This document shows, piece by piece, positions 1 through 14,500 of a stretch of 64,000 bases of DNA. The stretch lies in contig JAQGDQ010000403.1 in assembly GCA_030141605.1 (NCBI GenBank), positions 147,069 to 211,068 on the forward strand. Reading direction: 5' to 3'. The position numbers and the translations under genes were made by a program. Source of the DNA: Tubiluchus corallicola (lineage: Eukaryota; Animalia; Priapulida). Every line of letters starts with the position of its first letter. Positions within the stretch are counted from its first letter, which is position 1. The notes under the pieces were generated by a model. It was not told the DNA's origin and did no database searches. It saw only the letters and a program-made list of their open reading frames with translations.

Positions 1-288
1 CAGAATCTCACACACGTAATAATTCTCGATCAAAAATTTATATAAATTAATTTTAGCTTTTACCATAAGAATTCATAAAGATTTATTTAAAAAGTCATGA
101 AAGTTTAATTTTATGTTTAAATATTTACTTATTTCAAATTTAAAAGCACTAGTTAGCGATTACGATTTAGATTCTTGAAAATTTTGATTTCTTTCATATC
201 TTGATTATTTTCATTGTTGTTGTCTAGGACACATCTTGCATGCATCAATAAACACATTTGAACTTTATATAAGTATAATATAACATAC

Positions 289-1618
289 CTCTTTAGAGTT
301 TAAGCATGCTGTTTTATCTATACAAACTTGAAGAACTTTTAGTGCTGAATGCACTGACTGCTTTTTTTGGTGATGTATCTCAAGCTTAAATTTCTAAACG
401 AAGAACAGAAAAATCTCACAAACTTGAAATTTGACAATATAAATATGTCTACTTCTAAATATGTTAAATTCCAAAAGGGGATAAGAAAGAATATTCTGAA
501 TTATACTAATTAGACATTTCTAAAGAACAAAATCAAAGTTTAAACTCCTGTGCCTCTAGACATGGCCATTTTTATATGCTGTTGTCTGATAAGAAATTAA
601 AGCACTGTTAATACATCTACATTTTATAAAAAGTAAGCAAGCAAATCGTTGGCTTTGCAAAAACAAAGTGTTATGCCAAGGATAAATTTGGCAGCATGAT
701 TCCCTAAGTCATAAAAGCTTTTTGGCCATAGAGACAAATTACTTGAATTACTGAAAATTCATTGTTACTAACCGGAATCTTTCCAGTAAGATAAACAGCA
801 TTTCGCAACATACTTCAAGGCTCACCTTTCTTACTCTAAAAATGATATACAGTACAAAAGCTATTACTGAAACTAAAGTACGATTTGAAACAAAGACCTT
901 ACTCACTGTTACTGCACGAAACACCAATAAAATGATCAGCATTTAAAAAACAATTAAATCTGCAGATAAGAAAAGTTGGGATCTGCTAACAAACTAAAAT
1001 GCAAAAAATTAGGAAACACAACTGCACCTTAGACAACATACTGTTCATTTACTTGCATGGTATTAAAAATTAATAATCACCATGTGATGATGTGGATTTG
1101 ATGTAGCGGGTTTGGTGAGAGTGCTGTGGGTGTTGTGTTGTGGATAGTGTGGTGGGGTGGTAGGGTGTTGGTGGAGTGGTGTGGTGTAGTGTGGTCTGGG
1201 TGGTGCAGTGAGGTATTGGTAGTGTGGTGTGGGTAATGTGGTAGGGTGTGGGTGCTATTGATTTGGTTTGTGGGCATGGTGTGCTACGGTGTGGATTATG
1301 TGATGTTGCGGCATGGTGTGGGTGGTGTGGCGCGGGTGGTGAGTTGTGAGTTGGTTTGGTGCGGGTGTTGTGCTGTGAGTAGGGTGGTGGGTGGTTGTGT
1401 GGTGTGGATTGTTGTTGAGTTTATGTGCAAAATTCTTTTTGCAGAGTTTGGCTAGTTAAACATTAATTTACATATATTATATCTGCCTCATAAATTAACG
1501 ATGAAAAAATGAAAATTTCCAGCTTGTTCAGTTAAGCAGGCATTACCTTGATACTATCATCCAGTCGGGAAGGCTGGTTATCCTTGATTGCAGCGAGCAG
1601 TTTATTCATTTCTTCCAT
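289..1618 (-). CDS. 5' part of a spliced gene running off the window start; product uncertain (weak resemblance to Mediator MED1 N-terminus)
   Basis: Coding exons 1618-1547 (ATG, MEEMNKLLAAIKDNQPSRLDDSIK|GTAATG; acceptor CAG before 1639) and 393-289 (TAG|KFKLEIHHQKKQSVHSALKVLQVCIDKTACLNSKE|GTATGT). Both are phase 0 and in frame. Probable non-coding exon 1 ends at 2716 (GCG|GTATG). The MED1 resemblance is from memory and weak. Confidence 0.5.
1082..1420. repeat. G/T-rich low-complexity tract (degenerate TGG/GTG repeats)
   Basis: Almost only G and T (gtgtggtggggtggtagggtgttgg...). It produces the spurious ORFs 1077..1277 and 1246..1455. Confidence 0.8.
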
Positions 1619-4600
1619 TTTCAGTTATTGCACAATGACCTGGATTAAACTTTATTATTTTCCACAATGATACATTGAATTAATCAAACTGAAATAAAAT
1701 TCAAAATTGTAAGTGGCCTTGAACATTTCAAAAACCAATTTGTGATAAAGTAGAATTAATTCAGGCTCCTTTATCCTGACTAACCAGTTCTTAGTCATTT
1801 ATACCCTGAACTTGGCTCTCCCTCCAGGTAGGGAAAACAGCATTTTTAGTATGTAACTATATTTATGAAGCACCCATGGTGTGTATTTATATGCACTAAT
1901 TAGAGTTCTTTTAGTATGTAAAAATAATTACAGCAATATTACAGGCTAAATCTAACTGTATCATAAAAATAAAGCCTAGCTATTGCTGAAGTCAGGAATG
2001 CAGAGTTCAGTTCAGCTCAGGAAGTCCTGAAACTATAACCATTTTCAATTTTTGTATAAAAATGTATTTTAATTTGGCTGTAAACAATTAAGAAAAAAAC
2101 ATGGTAAAACAATTACAACAATTTGAGTGCAGCTATTTTTGAGTATGCAACTAGCTTAGTGTAAGTCACATCGATGTGTAAAAAATGCAAAAACGGAAAT
2201 GCAAATAGAGCCCTCATCTCTGAGCAATGACTACTGTCTGTCTAACTACAAATTAGCCAGCACCGGGACGCCAGCGTTTAGCCCTGGGACGTTTGTAAGA
2301 TTTTCCACCCTTGACTATGAGTATGAGTATGAAGGTAGCTACAACTACAAGAACTCTGGAACCAGATATTGGAATAAAAATTAATTATACATGAGAAATT
2401 TTAGCACTAGATCTTGAATACAAAAATAAGTTGTGTAAGAGAGCAACTAGACTATAGAGTATAGTGACAGACGACTCAAAGTTAATTTGACCAATTAAAT
2501 AGACAGTTTCTAGTCTATTCTCTCCTCTCAAACTGGCCAAATATTCCGTTGTCATAATTATAAAATGGAAAAAAAAAGAATATTGCAACTACACGTAAAT
2601 TATTTTACAATAATTCAAAACACTCTTCATGAAATTATCTATCACTAAATTTCACTGCATTTGAAAGAATTTCATTCTTTGACTGAAAATGGAAAAATGA
2701 ACAAATCAAACATACCGCGACGATGCGCATAAGTATAATCCGCAGTTTCGCCTATTGTTAACTCGAAAGCGCAACAACAACGACCCACGCGACAACGATG
2801 ACCAAAAAGTAGAAGATGCCTGGGCCGTAGGGAAATGTAAAGTTTAATAACACTTTAAACACGTTATTACTTTCTGGTTTGGCTACAGAGTTTAGACATT
2901 TATGACTGAGGCACGAGACAAGTGTCGAAATGTTTTGATGTTTTGCATTAATAATATAATAAATTATGTATTATACAATCATTCAGTGTTGGAAATTTTT
3001 AATACTACATGTATTAAGATTTTCTGAAGATAAGCCTTTTAAATTCTCGTTTTTATGGATACAGTTATTGACGAACTTCAGTATCACACAACTTTTTTGT
3101 GTCCATGACCATATTCTCCAGACTATTATCATTTCTGAGCTATACAACTGACTTAGGATGTATGGTTTGATTTGAACTTAAAAAGCATAATAATTACCAT
3201 CAAAGTCATTACTACTGTCTATTTAGCATACTGCTATTCAGCGATAGTATGCACCTAAGCACTGATGCTTAAATACCGCTCTTAGATCATCTATTTTTGA
3301 ACTATCGTTTACTGTGGTTCTGAAGGCAGATTGTTGGCTATGCGGTGTGCAAATATCAACCATTGGTGGTTAATGTTACAAACTAATTGCTTAGTTGAAA
3401 CGATAACCAAGAATCAGGTACTATTGCAGATTTTAAAGCTGCCCATTTGCAGCAAAGGGACTGATAATCCTGCACAACAATCAAAAAGTCCCACAGAGAC
3501 TGTACTTTCAAAGGAGTCGAATTCAGTTTGTGGATTATGCATTGTATGTCTAACAGCAGACCATAGAATTTGTATTATATCACGCACCCATTGTTTGCCT
3601 CATTTTTTTCAACGTCTCTAACAACGTCTGTTTGTGTGCATGTGATTTTTAAAATCTGTGGCTACTGTTCACCAGCTATTGTCACTGGCAAGAGTGAGCA
3701 TTATAAGTCTGGCATTCAACAAGTGACTACCTGTTGTACAAATGGCTCGTGTAAAACCTATCAGCTCTAGAATAAATATATTAGAATGACTTTGAAAAAC
3801 TTTTCATGGTAAGGTGGTAAAATTTTGCATGAAGTCATTTAGATAGATTACAGTTGAGCCCGAGTTTTTTCTTGTTCTCAATACAGGTTCCAAATATGCC
3901 CCTCAAATGGATTTGTCCTATACATTGTTATGTTGATGATATTTCTTTCATTCTAATTAATGCACAAATGCATCTGTACCAACAATGAGCATTCAAAGTT
4001 TGTATGAAACAGATTCTAAATAGAATTCATGGGAACCACAAACACTTGCTTTTCTTATGAAAAACTTCACAAGAAATAAGCAAGCAGGACATACCAGATC
4101 CAAGCACATTAGTACTTCCATTCTAATTTCCTATATACACTGCATTATTGGTATTTTAGAGTAGCTTTTTGGTCAGTATTCCGTGTAAGCTTACACGAAA
4201 TTAGTTGGCCAAACTTATTTTTTACCTGGTGTTACCACCAAGAGAAAAATGACGAAAAACTCAAACCCTGGCTGGCAATGCTCCAAGAAGTAATCCTTTC
4301 GTGGGAATTCGAAACCAGGGTGAGGTTGTAATTTAGATACCAATTATACAGGTTCCAGTTTAGGTTCAGGTTCACAAAATTTTCATGTTGGCTGTCAAAA
4401 ACGAAAAATCTATGCAACTTGCAAGCACCCAACAGCACAGTCATTTGTTACTATTCATACAACAATTATTCTAATTACATAGGTTCCCGGGTTTTTAATT
4501 CCCTGTAGCTTTCATTTGTTTCAACTGTGGTTAGCTTTAATAGCATGCAAAGACAATTTTTAGACAGCTCCGCCCCCATTCCTACAGGCCACACCACGTC

Positions 4601-5576
4601 ATGTGGTTAGGTGAAGCAAGCAGTTCAGTGGCTCCCCAATTCAAAACCTGCCTGACGTTGTACTTTAAATGCGATTGCAAACAAGTCACAGAGTTTTCAT
4701 GCTGGTTGTCAAAATGAAAATCTGTGCAACCTGTTATGCACTAACAACATCAGACTGGGATGCTCACTAACACCAGATGTGCTGTTGTTATATGCAAATA
4801 CAGATAATTATATTTATTTGGGTGTTAACTCAGTGCCAAATACTAACTTCTAAGTAACATGCAATGTGGAAATGAATAAACTCTTGAACTCTTGAACTTA
4901 TCTATTGTGCTACAGTCTAGCTGACGAACTATAGTGCTATTATATGGTATGAACTATAATATTCATTTCTCACATCATAATGCGTTCAGTCACACCAGTA
5001 ATACTCGAAAGTAATAATAATTTAAATAGTGTGTGAGGAGTGTACAACCACGTAGTCATTTATAAACTCCCCTTGCTTAATAGATGTAATATGTTTAATA
5101 TGCGCGAGTCTGTAGAAAAGTACAGCAGGTCTAACAATGTAACTAATGAGGGCGTGATAATAGCAATAAGGATATGAATGTTAGGGAGGGAAAATATAAT
5201 AAATGCAATTTTAGTTGAGCCATAAAATTAATGGTGAACATAAATAGTTAAAAATTTTAAATTGTTAAGTGGTAGTTATATGAATATACATCTCATGCCA
5301 TGTCAATACCATGAGTTGCCAACTTGCTGAACGAGTTACCGTTTTTGTTTTAATTGTACAAGTCGTGAAGAATTTCTTATGTGGAGTACAATAATGATGC
5401 AAAAGTTGAAGATGGTAAAAGACGCGGTTTAGAAGAATGCGCTTCTATAAAATCAGTCACATGACTTTTATCGGCTTTTCGACTTGTATTTTCGACATTT
5501 TTAGGTTTTTGTGTTTTTGATATTAGTAATATTAACATTTGAAGAGACAAATTACAACTATATTATTGATGAAGTG

Positions 5577-8500
5577 ATGCCAGAGTTAACCGAACCCTTT
5601 ATTGTGTCAAGAGTCAAGTGCCATGACTTGAGCAGGCTCAAGCGCTTAAACTGCTGGTTGGTAATCCTATTCCTACCTGCATTTTGCCATCCTAAAGGAT
5701 GGGAGCTTAATGCTGAATTCGCATCTTTACTTAATTTATTGATCTGTTGGTAACAAAGTAATTGGGTTTAGTAAAAGTTTGGGTATTTGGTGCAGTAACA
5801 GTAATGCATGCTCAATTACCGAGAAAACTGATAATGCAAGTGTGCTGCAAAGTAACCCAGTTATTGATTTATTGTTGGAGCTACATCAAAGCTACCTAGA
5901 TCAAATTGATGTCAGCTTTCGGGTAATTTATTTTGACATAAATATTTGGTTAATTTTAAGTTTGATTCCATATAGTGCAACTGTCATGCCTGTAATATTT
6001 ATTGGTAGACCAAGTTTTTATGCTGTTTTTTGAGACATCAAAGCCTCAAGTTTAAGTTTTAACATCCTAAGCTCTTCAACAGCTTAAATACAGACCTGAT
6101 CAACAGAAAATTAATAAGATAGATTTGTTTTCTGGTGACATTTTAGTATAATAGCTTTAGCAGTGCTAACATTATAGCATCCAGTTAAATTAAAAGCTTT
6201 AAAGTTGAAAAATTTCTAATAGAACATATAAAACTCTAGTGCTATACACAGTAAAAGAACAATGGAAAATTGTTCTTTCAGTACCTAGATGAGAAGTGAC
6301 ATTCTAGATGTGTGACTGGTTACTGATGATTTAATTCTTCAAAAATGATGGCAGAAGCACCGCCCGCTGGCTCAACAGTGTCTGCTACAGAAACAGTTAC
6401 TGAAGAAGAAAGTCAAATGCCAACTTTGAAGTTAAGACTGAAAAAAACCAAAACTGACAAAAAAGTGAAATGGACAAACGAAACAGTTGATAATGAGCAT
6501 ATGGGAAAAAAGAGTTCAAAATGTTGCTGCATTTATGAAAAGCCTCGAGCTTTTGGTGAGAGTAGTTCAGATGATGATGATGATGACGATGAATGTGAAC
6601 ATTGTCGCGGTCATAAATCAAAGTGGGATAAACGACCACCCACTCCGCATGATGATAGCAGTAAGCAAAAACAATCACCTAGTGAAAACAAATCTTCACC
6701 ACCGCAGACATGAATTTAATTAAAATCTGAGATTCAAATGTTGACATGAATTATCAAGCAGATTTAATGTGTTTTTGTTTGATAAGAAATTTTCTAAATA
6801 CTTGATTGTATGCAGTTGAGCTTGTATAGTATTGTTAATGTTAATGTTATATTTGTGCATACCTAATTTAAATAAGAACAATTTAATGGCTTAATAATTG
6901 AAAAATGTACTGGACTGCTTTATAATTTTAATATTATTTAATAAATTTAATATTTGTAATGAAAATTTATTTGGCATTTCAGACATTGGTTTGGTTAATT
7001 GTCTGTACTTATTTTTTGTTGGCAAAATTTGATTTATATTAATTGCAAGCAAATTGCATCAGCACATGAACATTTGATTTTCAGAAAACAAAAAATAGTT
7101 TATTTAAGCCCTATGCTTAATTAGAATGAATTACATCGTTTTGTAAGTGTGACTAATGGTGATATTCACTGTGCAGCATCACGTGGTTGAATATCAGCTC
7201 TTGGTTTAAATAACAAAGCATTTCTTACTACAGTATAACGTTATAGACCATTATGGGTTACAGTGTACCCACGTGGGTAATACAAGCTCAGGAAAAAGAA
7301 CAAACTTGCATCATTTATTTAACTAGTATAATAGCTTTGAATACAGACACACTCGGTTATTGCCTACTGCACTCCATTGCTGTTTTACAAATTATTTATT
7401 GGTTTAAGTCACTTTTCCCTTTGCCGGTCATTTCTGTATTAATTCACAGCTAAATTTAACCCGCCATTCCTGGTGCTGCAGAATTGATGTTGGGCATGCA
7501 TTATGCAAAGTTGTCGTTTCGAAAGGTCGTGATCATTTTGTCTACTAGCTGTAGAAAAACAATGAGTCATTCAGTGGCTCAACACCCAGGTGTTTTACAT
7601 ACGTACTCTGGCAGCACCCTGCTGAGATGTTTCATCAAGTGATGTTCTGTACTGTAGTTTCTTTGTTGCAAATATTACTTTTGTAAGAGGGATAAACAGA
7701 AATTTTGTGCAAGCAGAATCTTCTGACTTTTTGTATCTTTACTGACTTTACTGAACATGTTACGTAAACTTACAACATATTACATGTACGTTCAATTAAA
7801 TAAGAATCGTTCATTAATTTTTAGTTTATTGAAGTCACTTTTCATTGCAAAGTTGTTGATAATTAACAGCATCTTCTGAAAGTACTTTACATCTTGTATG
7901 AAGCCACACATTGTACATTAATATGTGCTCATTCATCTAGTAGTCACATACATATGATTAGCTGTATTTGCTTCTAGAGTACCTCAGTTGAGTATTTTTT
8001 CTGGGTCCTTTCATATAATAATTATGTGAAAACACTATTGACTTGGAGACCCAGTATGATAAACTGACAATCTACGCTCCACTCCTTTATGCCAGTCTCA
8101 TCAATTAGTATGAGCAGCAAGCAGTATTTATCCAGTACGTTATTTTTTCACTTATTTAAAATTTTGACGTGCTGCACTTGATGGTTATTTTCTTGCCATA
8201 TAATTTTTGTATTTAAAAGAAGAAAAGCAAGTTTGTATGATAGTTACAAAGGAAGTTTGTCTGGCAAACTTGTAAGCATTGTACAGCACATGGCATTTTG
8301 GTGTGAGCTGAACTTTGCATTGTAAGATACAGTGTTGTGATCTCGTATCATGCAAAGTACATGTACATGACTACATGTACTTTTCTGTTCGTTATCACTC
8401 TTATAACAAGTAGGGCAACTCATCTGATTGTAGTTATCAGTTCTTGTGCCACTCTCATCCATAGAGTGCACTGACTTTTCATGATTTCTGCTATTGACTC

Positions 8501-11500
8501 ATGTTATTTACAAATGGCTGGTAACATGTGTCTAAAAGCAATCATGAAAAACCCAAATCAAGAAACGAGATTACCATTTGTGATTATTTCGAAAAGTGAC
8601 ATTATTAGTATCTATTCCTCATCTTAGTTATATAATTCTAAATTCCCAAACTTTCAGATTTACTGTTGTGAGGTACACAGTGTTGCAATACTAGCTGTGT
8701 TGAACTTTAATTTGGCAGTGAAATTTAATTAATGTACTGAACAATACAATCTATGAATGAAATTAAGCTATATATGATTTTCTCAGTTATAAGAAAATAA
8801 AACATTACTCGTGACTTTACATTCAACTGAAAAGACTTTATGCAGATGAACCAAAAACATAAGGGTAATGGGTGATTCATAATGTCTTAGTGTTGTACAA
8901 ATCTTCTACTCAAAACTGATCATGAATGAAAAAATAAAACAAGGGCATGCATCAACACTAAGCCATGCAATGTGCTTTGTTCATTTTCTACTAAGTTCAA
9001 GCTAAACTAAATGCAGTGTATTTTCTCTTGTGGATGATCAAATTATGAACGCACTGAAAATTCTGAATTCTTTAGTGTAAAATTTTTATGCATTTCCTTT
9101 GGATTTCATTGTTAATGATTTGGTAAAGATAAGAATTTAGTATCAAAGATTTGTAGTCGTATAAGAAGACTGTCCTAGTACAACTTTTCTGCACTTTCTT
9201 TAAAGAGCAAAATTAAGCATTATACAGCACACAATCAAAGAAAAAAGTTTTCATAATTCGCTTTCAGACCTTTACAGTCTTTTGGGAATCAAATTTGAAG
9301 GAAAAAACTGCAAAAGGTAAAATAAACAAATAGTGATTCCCATCATGAACATGATAGGGATTCACTGACTCGAGAATTACACTATGAACTGAGGCAAACT
9401 GACAATGTCTGTCAGAAGACTACTGATTGCTGACAAAGACACTTCTGATTTTTATAGTGAAATCAAAACATATTAAACATTGTCTCAGAACAAAACAGAA
9501 GGAATCATTTAGTATTATGAAGATAATTTGATCTTACATATATTTTTTAGCGTGCTGATTTTGACATCTATCTTTTTAGTGCAATTCCTATACAGATTTC
9601 CTCTAACAAAGGCAATGGCTGCTCATACTAAGGGGCCACAGTGAAAATATAATTTACAGATCCAGAACTCTTGTTATAGTAACTAAGGTTCTTCGTGAAG
9701 GAAGTAACTTTGTAGAAATATTGGGAGAGTTTTTATATAAAGTATGAACTGATAAGTGGCCAAGGGAAGACAGGATTTATAAACAGCTGTTCTGCATCTG
9801 GTCCAACATAAGAATAATAGAAATAGCAGTTAAGAAAATCAGTAAGAAGCTAATCAATGAAAGAGACCAGAAGTTCCATGGAATTGGCAGTAGTGAAACA
9901 AGGTTTCGTTTTAACGACGTTAAACATTTGACACATTTTTTTCACTTAACGACGTACGTTTCATTTTAACGACAGTTTTTTTTACTTTACCGAAAGCCCA
10001 TTTTCATTTTATCAACAACTTTTTTACATAATTTGAAGCATTAAAATGGCACATATTGGGTTATTCTGTTTTAAAAGTGCATTAGTAACATAAACGCTGC
10101 AATTATATACATGTTTTTGCTTCCCGACTGATTATGACCAAATTGTCAGAAATGGCTGAGTGTTTCACCAATTTATTAATCAGGATTAGTGCAAGAAAAG
10201 AGATAGCAGTGTAGAAATTTGTGTGATTCCGGCCTTTTTCTGTCTATTAACGTTTATCAATGGACATTTAGGCTACGAATTCTGATGACTAGTGTGCTTT
10301 GATATCTTCACCTTCCTTGGAATTAAATTAACAAATCAACAGTTAAGAGAACTGACATTTCATCGCAAACCTCTTTTGCGATTATTTAGTCAATCACCCT
10401 ACGATCTGGTTAGCCAGTGCTGCACATCGGATAAGGAAACTTCAGGTGTGATGTGTTTATACCAATAGGAATCATTGAAAGTTAATGGATGATATTTTTT
10501 AACTGTATGCTAGCAATATAAGAGCAGCAATTCTGGATACCTTCTACATCTTATTTACATTTAAACAGTTCATTAAATGCTTCGTTGCTGACAGAAATTT
10601 AATTGTTTACCAACATTATCACTTTGAATGCAAGTTTAGTTACTTCTTTTGGAAATTTGTTTGTCAACATTAAATTTTTTTTGTTTCAGGGGTTGCGGAA
10701 TTTCAGATGTTAGTGTTCTGAGACATTTGCCAAATGTGGAGGTGCTCAGTTTAAGGTAATTCAGTATCATTTTAAATGAATTTTTAAACTTCTTCACCGT
10801 AGATTTGTTATACAATATCTAACTTGTGAAACTTCTCTTATATGTAGTTATCAGCCAACAAATAAGTTAACAACCAATTCTATCACCTACGAGGTCTGGG
10901 TGTTACTATACTGTACAAGTCTCTTTTGCTGGCGTTGGCATTTGGCATATTCAATTCTATCACCTACGAGGTCTGGGTGTTACTATACTGTACAAGTCTC
11001 TTTTGCTGGCGTTGGCATTTGGCATATCCAATTCTATCACCTGCGAGGTCTGGGTATTACTATACTGTACAAGTCTCTTTTGCTGGCGTTTGCATTTGAC
11101 TTATAAATATTGTTAAAAGTACAATAAAATGCTATTATAATTCTGATACTATAATCCATTAGAATAAATGAGACCATTTTATTCTCAGTATTTTGTAACT
11201 AGCCTGGCTGTTTACTGCGTACATAACTCAGCAACAGCTAGTGTTAACTTTTGCTGCACTGCTGGCTGCCGGCCTAAGTCCCGTTTTTTGCTGCATGTAT
11301 GAAGTAGTTACTGACTGTAAGTCCCTTGCGTTATTTGTGTTATTCGTTCATGTACAACATGCAGTTCACTAGCTAAAATGATTCTTAAGAAGCAGTATGC
11401 ATCACCCCTTGTAGACTAAGTATTGTATAGTATACGTATTTTAAGGTTTGTATTCATTTCTTATTTGATGTCATGTGGAGACGTTGAGTTGTTTATACTG

Positions 11501-14500
11501 ATTAAATATTGCAGCAGCAGAACCATCTAATGACATTTGTATTCAGAAGGAAAAATGCTTAGCATTGTGTTTTAAATGAAGAATTCTCAAGCAAAATTGC
11601 CAATTTCTTTGTATTCATTTTAGCTAATTATATTTGCTGGTCTTAATTGCTTTTACAGCATGAATAACATCAAATCGCTGACCGATTTTGCTTACTGTAA
11701 AAATCTTCACGAACTTTATATAAGAAGGAATATGATAACAGACCTTTCCGAGTTACAGTATTTGCGGGAGCTTCCAAAACTCAAGGTATGAGCTGAAATT
11801 GATGATAATTTGCTGTTGTTGTATTTTAATAGTTTAATAATTTTATACTATAATTATTTAATATTATTATTAGAACTTCATTGAGGATTTTATGGTATTA
11901 GTGTGACTGTTTCTATAAAACTGTTTTGTTGGATTAGTAGAATTTTTGACATTAGCAACCAAGAAGTTATAGTTGCTTTGGAATAAAATTTTGGATTTTT
12001 TAGGACTTGCACAGTGTGAGCAGTATAAAGCAAATATTTGCAGCATTAAACAAAATTATGAAGAAATTTATGTTGAGCTGCAAGTTGTATAAATAGCATG
12101 CTGGCATATGTCTAATTAGAGAAAACTGTTTACGGAAAGTTACCCTCTGGTTATAAAATAAAATAAATTATTGAATGAATGGATTTTTGAAAATTTTGGA
12201 GATGTTATTTTTATTGATTTATTGATTTTTTTTTGCAGGTGCTATGGTTGGCAGATAATCCGTGTTCAGCAGTTGATAACTACAGGCAAACGGTGATAAA
12301 TACGCTGCCTCAACTTACAAAACTTGACAACATGAGTGAGTTAAATATTACAAATATTATTCAGTGCTCATGATTAAGGCAGCACCATGTTGTAATGCTA
12401 TAGTGGCACCATGATTAAAGGTGCATCATCTTATAATCTTTGTTTCAAAGTTATTGATTAATAACGAAACAAATCCACAATCATTAAATTTTTGAGACCA
12501 AACTTGCCTGAAATGCAGGAAGTGTGAAAAAATTGGCACTGGACCAGGGTTTGAATTAGGGCCTTTGTATTACAAGTACAAGTCCAAGCCCACGACCACT
12601 AGATTACATAATTCCTTGTGATAGTGATTCATGAAAACTCTAATTTAATTAAATAACTGTTCATCTAGTCCTTCATATCCAAGTGTTAATTTCATTATTC
12701 GTTTGTAACTGATCTAGATTCTCCTGGAGGAATACGTAGATCCACTTCTATTAGATTTTTGCTTTTAGGGAGCTGTCTCACGGGGGATAGCACTTACAGT
12801 ATATTATATATTAAAATATTTGTTTATCCTTTCTGCAAAATATTTATCATTCATGTATTAATAATGACTCTCAACCTTTATTTTAGAATTTAGATGATAG
12901 GTTTTTTTTGCTTTTCTTTCTTTCTTCTTCTTCTTCCCAGCTTTTCCCTATGCGGGGTCGCCGTTGTGAATGAGTCTTCTCCACGCATTCCTGTTGTTGA
13001 CCATCTCTTCATTTATGTCTTCCCTTCCCACATGATCTTCACCGACTCTTCTTTGCAGGTGTCCATATCATCGCAATCTTGCGAGGCTTCCACTACTTTT
13101 ACTGTTCCTCTGATATTATTATTTCTAATTTTATCTCTTCTTGTTATTCCCACCATCCATCTCAACATCCTCATCTCCACCACACCCATTTTCTGCTCTT
13201 CGGTCTTCTTTAGAGAAGCTGCTTCCAGCCCATAGATTAGAGCGGGTCTGACCACTTCTTTGTGGACTTTACCTTTAAGTCTCACTGACTCATTCGTAGA
13301 AGGTTTTGGCGGATGCCCTTCCTGACCCTAACCCTCCCTATTTATCCGGGCTTGGGACCGGCACTAAGTTGGGCTGGCTTGCCCCTGGCTAGGTTTTTTT
13401 TGCTTTAATTACCAATAATGATTACTTTTGTAGCCATAACAAGAGAGGAAAAGGAAGCTTCGTCCACTGATGGTTCTTCTTGCACGTTAAAGTCGTCGAA
13501 GAGCTATGAAAATACCATGGTTTATCGCGCGTCTTCGCTTGGTGAACTGCGTGAAGTTGAGCACAAGGCGTTTGTGGAATGTGAAATATATACTGGCAAA
13601 AATGAGGCGGCACGAGAAAAGAGGCGAGTTCGCATTGCCAAACAAAAGTCAGACACTGCAGTAACAGACAGTTGTAAGGTGAGTAGAGATTTCTTCAAAT
13701 TTTCTATTTTAAAGGTTTCAGGATTCTTTCCTGCATGGATTCCTTATTTTTAACCCTAAACTTGGAAAACTGAGCATTGGTTTTCTCCGACTGTGTGGGT
13801 TATTAGCTTTTTTTACATCTATTTGCTTGAAAAAAATCACAATTCTATTGCAGTCAACATTTTTTGATGTGTAGTAAATTTTACAATGACGTTAATGAAT
13901 CAAAGTGAAATTATAATGTCAGAACTTGATTGTGATATCTCGTTCCTCGTTGTCATTTTTGATTATTCGATACAGTTATTTTTTGTACAAGCAATTTGTT
14001 TCTATTTAAATTTATAGACGTGTGTAATGGTATTTTATTTCTGTTAGGCTTTGAGATACTAGGATTAGAGAGTTGGAAAATTTGATAAGGTAGTATAATG
14101 TAACAGCTTGGTTTGCAGTGTTATAGCTGAATTGCACATACAAGTGAATCACTTTTTGCACTCTTTCTTCATTTAACTGATTACAGGCCACAGAATTTAA
14201 GTGTGTATTGTGATGTTATTGTGATGACAGTGGGAGTGTTTTAGTGTAGCAGTCAATGTGAAAAACAAATTTTACTTTTATCATAATGTGCAACTTTTAA
14301 TTTGATCAGACTGCTTCTGGCATGTTCTGTAATTTCTCAATAATGCACAGGTTTATTTTACTTCTAAATCAAAAATTATTGTTACACTACCATATTGAAG
14401 TTAAATCTGCTCAAATCTGTTTTCGAATTAGAGTGCTTGACTGAAATATATGTCTTATAGACAATCAGTAGCAGCTCGTGTATAGGTACTGTTGAAATGC

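Noticed and set aside
2900-2935. Hammerhead-like ctgagg...gtcgaaa
   Set aside because: Does not match the CUGANGA core and lacks convincing stems.
9050-9890. Exon-like purine-rich stretches in CFAP410 intron 1
   Set aside because: Stops in the frames examined and no recognisable homology.
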